From positions 83,641 through 147,640 of the forward strand of contig CAVNZM010000009.1 in the NCBI GenBank assembly GCA_963693365.1: DNA of 64,000 bases. Direction: 5' to 3'. This DNA is from Amoebidium appalachense (taxonomy: Eukaryota; Protista; Ichthyosporea). Made by a program: the position numbers and the translations under genes. Shown piece after piece: positions 55,556 to 64,000 of the stretch (positions within the stretch are counted from its first letter, which is position 1; every line of letters starts with the position of its first letter). The notes beneath the pieces are model-generated. The model searched no databases. It had not been told where the DNA came from and saw nothing but the letters and a program-made list of their open reading frames with translations.

Positions 55556-56561
55556 TGTGTGTGTGTATGTGTATGTGTGTCACGGTGTGTGTGTGTCTGT
55601 CTGTGTGTCAGTACAGATTGTGTAAACATGTGTGCGTGTTTGCGCAGTGTTGCAAGTGCATGTTTTTATATATATAAATTTATTCTGGAGGAGGGGGGGG
55701 GATTGGGAGGTGTGGACCTAAAGGGGCTTGGACGTTATCAAATCTGTGTCTTTATCATATCTGCGTGCTTGTTTCTTGATATAAATTTCTTATTTTCTTT
55801 TTCTTTTTCTTTCCTTTTTTCTTTTTTACTTTTTTTTACTTTTTTTCTTTTTTGGGGGGACAAGGGGAGGGCTGTGAAGAAATGAACATCGTTCGTACGA
55901 ACATAGATAAAATCTTGGGTACATGCATACGCACGGCATTCATCTGAATCGCACAGAGAATGCCCAAACGTGTGCAATGGAAAATGCCACGTTTCCCTCT
56001 ACCTTCCTGAATTGATCTCGTTGGAGTCCCTCCTACACAAGTCCATACTAAGCAGGGGAGGGGGGGGGGGGGGGGGGGGGGGGGGATGTGGGGCGGGGGA
56101 AGGGGGGCAGGGGAGGGGGTGGGGGGGAGGGGGCTGAGGAAGGGAAGGGAAGACTTAGAGCAAGTTTCCTTGGATATAAATGGGAAAACAGAATGTAGTG
56201 TGCTCAGCAAAGGTGCCAAGTGATTCCCTTAATAACAAACAGTCACACATACATTAGGTCCAACCTGTTGGATTCTGCAACGATACATTTATGGGCTTGA
56301 ATTATTCAAGTGACCGTGACTACAGCGCTACGTCTTGTAAGACCTCCCTGTGTTCTTCCAGAAGACAACTAGAAATTCGAAAAAGTTTATAATACACTCT
56401 TCTTTTCGTCTAGAAGAAACACAAAATACAAAGGAGGAATGCGTCAAAATGCATGTGGTAAGAGGAAGCAGAGGAAAAAGAAGAATCTAACTTTTGCACG
56501 TCATCGACACATACACACTGTGACAGCGACTCGTGCGCACACGCACACACAATCACACGTG

Positions 56562-57115
56562 CTATGTACGTGCCCGTTTCACAGGTTGCTCCTCATCATC
56601 CACCGTGTGCCGTCTCTTCCTTGACTCTTGCACCGGGTCCTCCTTCGCATCATCTTCGTCCGTGGATTGCTCATATGCTTCGGGGCTTGCAATTGTTTCT
56701 GGCTCGCATTTCTCCGTTTTATGTTTTCCTGCAAGGCATCTTCGCCACAATGTTTTCTTAACTGCTTTGCTGCCGTATTTTGCAATAAATCCCTCATTCA
56801 TTTGAGAGTATAATCCCTCTGATATGAGCTCTGAGAAAACAATGCTATGTGCACTTTTCATCACTCTCTCCTTGAGCCACTTGTTCTTGATCACCTGTGC
56901 AAACCGGATCAAAATGTACTTTTTGGCGGCCTGCAGAGAGCGTTTGACTTGCCGAGAGGGTTCCTCCTCTGCTTCTCGCACAAGTTTCTCGAGGGTAAAG
57001 ATAGTTGGGGTTTCTCTTTTTGGGATTTTACCTGATTATGATATTGTGAGTGCTGAGTTGTTGGTATATCGTTTACTAATATCTGGTAAGTAAGGCTTCT
57101 CTTCGATCACCTGTT
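56562..57115 (-). pseudogene. Terminal exon of an unknown, probably decayed gene (basic protein, acidic tail, NLS-like end)
   Basis: 139-aa non-repetitive ORF ending RKRRHT...PVKRART. The same frame continues upstream past a single TAA (...ALTIS*SGKIPKRE...). Codon usage is more AT-rich than in the host genes. Confidence 0.4.
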
Positions 57116-57179
57116 TGTGAAAGTTTCATCTGCGACTGTAGGTTATATGTATACGTGCGTGTGTGTACATACTCGCGCA

Positions 57180-57251
<72 letters not shown>

Positions 57252-59842
57252 CTGTATGTGCCTGTGTGCCCGTGTGTGTGTGTGTGTACTTTTTTGCGTG
57301 CGTGTGCACGGGTCACTCTATGCATTTCAGTGTGTGCACGGTTTGTGTGCCTACGTATAAGCGCGCAGGCTCAGCACGCGTGTGTGTTTGTACGTGCACT
57401 TTCATGGGGGTGGCCTGTGTCCCGGGGGGGGGAGGGGGGGGGGGGGGGGTGTTGTTTTGTGTGGGTAAACGGAAAATGGAGTGCACAGATGGGTGTTATG
57501 ATATACACAACACACAGACACACAGGAAAAACACAACCGGAGAGGTGGAACGGTATCTGAGACGATTTGAAATGTTTTCAACTGCTTGATATTTATTTCA
57601 AGATGAAGTCCTTTTTATACGCAGAGATGTGGAGCCGATAAAGGCTAAGCCAACCAAAAGAACGAAAACTATCAGGGCGAATAAAGCAAAATACCTGTCG
57701 ACACATAGAAGATAAATCGTAATCGTCCAATGAAAGCACGGAAAGATTTACTAAAGCTAAATAAATGAACCCATTTATATATCTATTAGTTCACATCATA
57801 TATTTATCATCATGACATGTTCCTAATATAAACACGTCTAAATATAAGTATTCCTAATAGCTGGGGAACATAGAGCAATTCTACGTCGTGGGAAAAGAAG
57901 GAAAAGGAATGAGGATAGAAAGGAATGGAATGGGAAAAGAATCGAGTGGAATAAAGGAGGAATGTACGTTTCTATATTTGGGGAAATTAAATGAGATCTT
58001 ATTGGACAACTATCGGACACGTACGCACCATGTAAATTTAGTATTGGAGAGGGGTAAAAGACGCAAACAACATTACACGTACGTGGGCCAGGTGGCTCGG
58101 TGTGTACACAGATCAACAATATCTGTGCACACGGAAACGGGAAAGAAAGAAAGGGGAAAAGGGGAAAAGGAAACGAACAACAACAAACTAATAAACTTAT
58201 GTATAACTCAAGTTCTAAGTTCTTGCCGTTATCCATGTGTAGATGACAGGGGGGTGGGAAGGGGGGGGGGGGGATACCATTCTTTAGGGGTGCTACTGTC
58301 TTTGCCTTCTTCTTTGGCTCCAACTTTGGGTCCCTCCACGGTTCTGCCCCATCCTTTAACACATCATGCAGGAATAGACGCACGAAGTCAGTTGTGTATC
58401 CGCTCAAGCACAATATTAATAGGTTATGCATGCTACACCAGATTTAGGCGAGAAATTTTGTACATGTGTGTATGTATGTGCGCAATTTTTGGAAATTTTT
58501 AGAGGCTCTTGCTGTGTGATTTTGTGTCTGTGCGTGTGTATGTGCGCGTGCGTGCACCGAAGGTATTGGCCAAACGGAAGAAGAGAACACACACAGAGAG
58601 AGACTGGGGTCTGAAGGGAAGGAAGGAAGTGGCAGCCGGAATGTGATGCCCATAGATATTACGTGTCCGGGGGCCATGTGTGACCCGTAGCACTCCTGTG
58701 CATTCTACCGCCATCGCAAAAGACCACGGCAAGTGCACTCACCAGCAAGCAAGTTTTGGACCAAAGCCGAAGGGCCCTCATGATGTCCTAAGTGTTGATG
58801 TTCAAACGCTTATAATGCCCTGTCTAATCCTTGTGTCTGCATGATGATTAGTGTCTGCCGGCAAACATCAGCCCACTGGCCGCAGCACAGCACAGGCACA
58901 GGCGCAGGCATGCACATAGGGCAGGTGTGCAGAAGGGATAATAGTCATGCACACGTTCGGTTCAGACACACACACACACACACACACGCGGTGGCTGATA
59001 AAACACATTCAGTGTCAGTGAAACACACACTCCCGCAAGCACGCGTACGCACGCTCGCAAGCATGGACGCACGCGCGCACACACGCATGCACGCATGCAC
59101 GCACGCACGCACGCACGCACGTGCTTATTAAAACACGTGACACAGACACACATACACACACGCACACGCGTGCGCACACACACACATACACACACACGCA
59201 CATGCACATGCACACGCACACGCATGCACACGTGCGCGCGTGCATGCATGTGTACACACATCATTTTCGATTGGCAACCTGCACTCGCGTGAATGCTGTG
59301 CACCCTGCCCAACCATAAATGCACAAAGACGTGCTGTACACATACACACACACAAAACGTTGTACAAGGCACGTGTGCAGGCATGCACATTGCACACTAT
59401 TTATTAACATATTGATATTCCAATGAAAGACCAAAGCTACAGACCAAGCGAGTGCATGTGTGCTGCTCATGTGTGCATAATATGTATACGAGGAATATAT
59501 ATTGCGCATTGCCATAAAGCGCAGTAGTGGGTCGTACAAATAATTCGAATTCACTTTACTCCCTTTTTTTTCCTTAATTGTCCCCGCTGTATGCATACGC
59601 GACATAGTATGTAATTAAGTCGGTAAATCGATGAGGTCGGTGGGTGCTCTGGCGGAGTGTGTGTGTGTGGTGCACGCATACACATGTAGGCTAGGGCAAG
59701 GGAATGTTCTTAAACGTGTGCACCAGTACCAGCATCGACCCCACTCATTCTGCACCCTGCAGCTGCACATGCGTCCTTACCTGTTGCCGAAAGCAAAAAG
59801 GGAGGGGGGGAGGGGGGAGGGGGGATGGGGGGGAGGGTGTGT

Positions 59843-59890
<48 letters not shown>

Positions 59891-60987
59891 CTACCTGATA
59901 TTTGGACTGCCCGTCACAAGCTTTCGAATTCGATTCGCGGACTCGAACAACATGAATTCGAAGCTTGTTTCAGTTGTCTGCTTGATCATGAAAATGAACT
60001 GTGGTCTTCCTTTATATAATTGCTTGTGATGCGCTGTGAGCCAATCAAGTGTGCTCTCATACAGGGCGTCAAATAGTGCTTCATGCTAACACGAGAGCTA
60101 ACACGGCCATCTCTCAAGGTGAGAGTTTCCACATTCTGTCTTTGTGTATGTTTGTTTCCTTCTGAAAATAAATATTGTTATAACTTTTTGTTGTTCAGTG
60201 AATAACAACTTCATGCTGGATCCAAGTTGAGCCTCCCACTTATGTAGAATGTTGGGCTCAGGGCTGCCCCAGGGGCCGAGTCTTGAAACATTCCACGGCT
60301 GGCGGCGCCGCTGAACTCAGAGGTGCACATGAACTCGGGTTTACACACTTTTTATTAATATTGCACATGAACTCAGTCGGCCCGGCCTGAGGTTTTAGAG
60401 CTGAGGCGACAAACCCAACGCCTGTACGAGAATTTCGTTTTCAACCACCATTTTCGCACCATATGCATCGCACATGTACACAAATCTTATGCGGAAAGAT
60501 GTGCACTATAGTCGTGGATTATAATAATGCTGGCGCGCAGCCACGAATCAGACAGACCATGGGGAAAAAATCTTGTGCAGGCATATGCACTTGTACGATG
60601 CCCGCTTGTTGCCCACCACGTGTACGTGTGGGTGCACGGGCTTTACCACTGTGCAGTTGTGCACTGTGAAACATGCCCGGGCCACCCTGGTTTGGAAGAC
60701 GTGCAAGCGCCAAACTTGCCAAAAAGATTACTAACATCACTAAAAAGCCTGTGGTTATTACAAGTTCAAGCAGCTTTTCATGCTGATGGCTACCTACGTG
60801 CACGGTGGCTTGGTAGCGATTTCTAGAAAGCGTTTTTTCGCAAAGTTTGGAATCTTGCATTCACACACAAGCGCTCGCATATGTCACAAACTACAACGCT
60901 CACTGTGGTGCACCCACAGACCGTGACCTACACGAGAGTTGCATGCGCACACAGGTCGTCAACACACGCATGAAAACGACACGTTAG

Positions 60988-61028
<41 letters not shown>

Positions 61029-61463
61029 AAAAAAAAAACCACCCACACACCCACACACCTACCCATCCAAGTCCTGTCTTCCTCCCCACTCCCCCACCCA
61101 CCCTTTTCCAACCCTTCCTTCGGGTGCAATCTCTGTCTCAACCAATCCACCCCCTCCCCTCCGCTCCCTCCAGATTCACCCCTTCGAACTCCACCCGGCA
61201 CTATCACCACACACCCCTTTATACCCGCCTCTCACTACATCTCGCTCTTTAACGCTTTCCCTCCCTCGATGTAAGTTGCTTTTAAATACTCTCTCCAAGG
61301 CCCCCTTTCTCTCTCACTCCCGGGGTCTCTCCCTCCACCCTTAGCGCATCCCATCCGTCTCTCTCTCTCTCAGACACGCATCCCTCCCTTCTGTGAGAAA
61401 GTTTCTATTCACCCCTCTCTTCCGCGCGTTCTCTATCTCCCTTTCTCTTTGGCCAGTGCACAC

Positions 61464-61597
61464 TTCCAGTGTTGCCAGCTCGAAGTTGTTATCCGTGTCC
61501 CATATGCATGCAACATACATTGTCACAATGAGACGAGGCATGGTTTCCAGCAATGTTTCACAGACGGAACCCAAAAGCATTTGCCTGCCAATTTCTT
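61464..61597 (-). pseudogene. Isolated exon-like fragment resembling an XK-related membrane protein motif
   Basis: AG/GT-bounded segment encoding CETLLETMPRLIVTMY, similar to the E..LE..PQ..L..Y motif of XK-family proteins. No complete gene model could be built. Confidence 0.25.
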
Positions 61598-64000
61598 CTA
61601 AGGCATACACGCGCACGCACGCAAAAGCACACACACATTCACGCACGCACATACACACGAGCACGAAGGGCTAATATGCATATGCATATTAGTGGCCTGC
61701 AATTGGCCAGAAGCTGTGTGACAATACTATTTCAGGCTGGAGGCATTATCTGTGCTAATGTTGTGTGCAAGGCCCAGGAAGTTCGGGACTCATTGTAGTG
61801 TGACTGTATTGTGGCCTTATGGAGCCAGTGTTGATGGCGGAACACGCATGGCATTGGCCACCAAGCAAAGTGAAAGAGAGTTTTGGCTGTCTTCCCGTAC
61901 ATGCGATATGCGGGCTGGAACGTTATGTGTACGGATTTGGACAGTGTAAGCAGTGATCAAGATGATTAGCCATATATGGCATTAAGTGTCGGCCATATGA
62001 ATCTAAGCCATTTCCCAAAATTATCCAATGTCAGTCCAGTGTTTGTGCTTATATATTTTAACGTATTTGTAAATTCTTTTTGTTCAGTAATGTCATGCAT
62101 TAGTATGCACCCTTCCCAGAATCAATTAGATCAGAGCCAATCGCCCGCCACACTGGCACACCGTGATCTGCTGTTGCCGTCTCGTGTGTGCGATAGTGCA
62201 CAGGCAAAAACGTGACCCTGTTGAAGGAAGAAGTTTGGTGAGCCCTATAGGAAACCGGACTAATCATTGAGCTTGGCAACTAGGCGTATGACGTTGCGTT
62301 GGTAAAAGACTGAATTATAGGACAGTAAGATTTCTTTGCTCTTCAGCACTTTTTTTAGGCTGAGTGTGCGTAGAGGCCGGGGCGAACGATTGCCATCATT
62401 GGCTGCATGATGCCAAAGTAGAGTTATATACACGTAGCAAGCGGAAATTCATTTTTGAGGCTGCCCTCGCGGCACATACTATATATCTTTTGTTCAGATT
62501 TCCCAAAAAGATATCATCTCTAGACTCTAGGTCCCTGCTACGACTATATACCCCGCCCGAGGTCCTGTGCAGTCTCTGGTGCTTTTTTGGAGCTGGGGCC
62601 CAACATTCCTACACTGGGGGGCATCATGGTGAGTGGACTCTACAATTTCCTCTTCACACACCTTAAATCTTACTACTACAACGTCTTTCCCTTACCAGCA
62701 ACTTAGATTTTTGAAGGCATTTTAGATTAGAAACCATTATGTTGGTGTTGGCTTGAGAGGTGTAATACATGTACACGTACCTGTGTGTATCACAGCAAGG
62801 TGTGCCTAGTGTGGGTATGGGGTGGTGGTGGTGTGCTGACGGGGCTTGCAGGGGGCGCTGCTGGCCATACGGCGGGTGCCGGCCAGCAGAGGCTGGGCCG
62901 GACTGCTGCTGTGGGCCGCCTTTGTCTTTGCAGGTGGGTAAAGGCGAGGTCTGGGTGGGTGGGTGGGGGAGTAAAGAACACCTGCAAGGCTGCTGGCGTT
63001 AGGCACACACACGGCCCTGGCTTCCATTGACTTTCCCCAGCCTCATCACCCCCTAACCTTGTGCACAGATACAAACACTCGCGCCTGCTTGCACATACAG
63101 ACACTGTAAACATAACCGTATTCTCCCTCTCGTGAAGACACAAAGTACATGCACAGACGGACACATATGCACTCGCAGTTGCACACACTGGCTTGCACAC
63201 ATACGCACTAATAGAAAAGTACAAAAAATATTTAGCACTCCTGTGCACCGCCCATACACGGGCAAGTGTGCTCACAAGAGCATGGCAACAGAGAGTTGAG
63301 AGCGCTAAATTGCAACGAGTCACACACCACAGACACTTTGAGCATGCACACACACGGCAGGCTGGATGACCCTAAACATACAGGACCCCACGTTCACGAA
63401 CAGTAAACATGTGGATAGACGCAAACAAAAAACTGCTTGGGCACACACAAGCACGCATACATATCCGTGCACACATACACAGAGGCATGCATGCACGTGC
63501 ACCGTGCACCTACACACACTATTCTGAACACACCCGCCTACCAAGCATTCTGGCCGTGTGTAAAATACTTGTGTGGCACGGGTGTACCCACACACAAGCA
63601 CTCACACATATGTCTGTGCTCCCGCGCGCACACACCACTTTTGTGTACAGTAGCCCACATGCTTATAATCAATAACACAACTTTCTCACACACACTAGCA
63701 TGCATGCCCATTTGCACTAATGTGCATGCACACACTCACGAACACACAGGCTGGTGGACACACCCAAGCGTGCACACACACACAATTGCGACCCTCCCTC
63801 CCCCCTCCCTCCCTCCCCCCCCCCCTCTTCCCCTTCCTGCCCCCCCCCCCCCCCTCCCCCCCCCTCCCCCCGCCCCCCAACAAAAAAAGAAAAAAATAGG
63901 ACCATGTTTACACACACACACCACAGACGCGAACCAAGTTATGCCCTCTCCTTGTACTTCTCGGTCACAACCGTTACCCCCAAGGAACGCGCGCGAGCAC

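Overview
Eukaryotic genomic DNA, saturated with (CA/GT)n and poly-C/poly-G microsatellites. Most entries in the ORF track are repeat artefacts. The first ~11.6 kb is a nested transposon cluster: a putative CACTA/EnSpm-type terminus truncating a Ty3/gypsy-like LTR element (LTR, intact gag, protease), an internally deleted DIRS/Ngaro RT remnant, an orphan ORF, a Stowaway-like MITE and a ~200-bp tandem array. Three intron-rich host genes can be rebuilt by hand with phase-consistent GT-AG introns: a cytosolic purine 5'-nucleotidase (cN-II/NT5C2, minus strand, 16 coding exons, possible mitochondrial presequence exon), a coiled-coil protein with a C-terminal CAP-Gly domain (plus) and CIAO1/Cia1 (minus, 8 exons). 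A non-autonomous hAT element with perfect TIRs and an 8-bp TSD sits in the divergent promoter between the first two. A 37-bp minisatellite, an intronless GPCR-like 7TM gene and decayed coding fragments follow. The most unusual signals are splice acceptors built from (CA)n or poly-C instead of U-rich tracts, an identical 18-nt PHERIF block at both ends of the nucleotidase core, and possible gag-pol readthrough and self-priming in the retroelement. The organism cannot be identified from the sequence; the genes look animal-like, which suggests (inference) a unicellular opisthokont.
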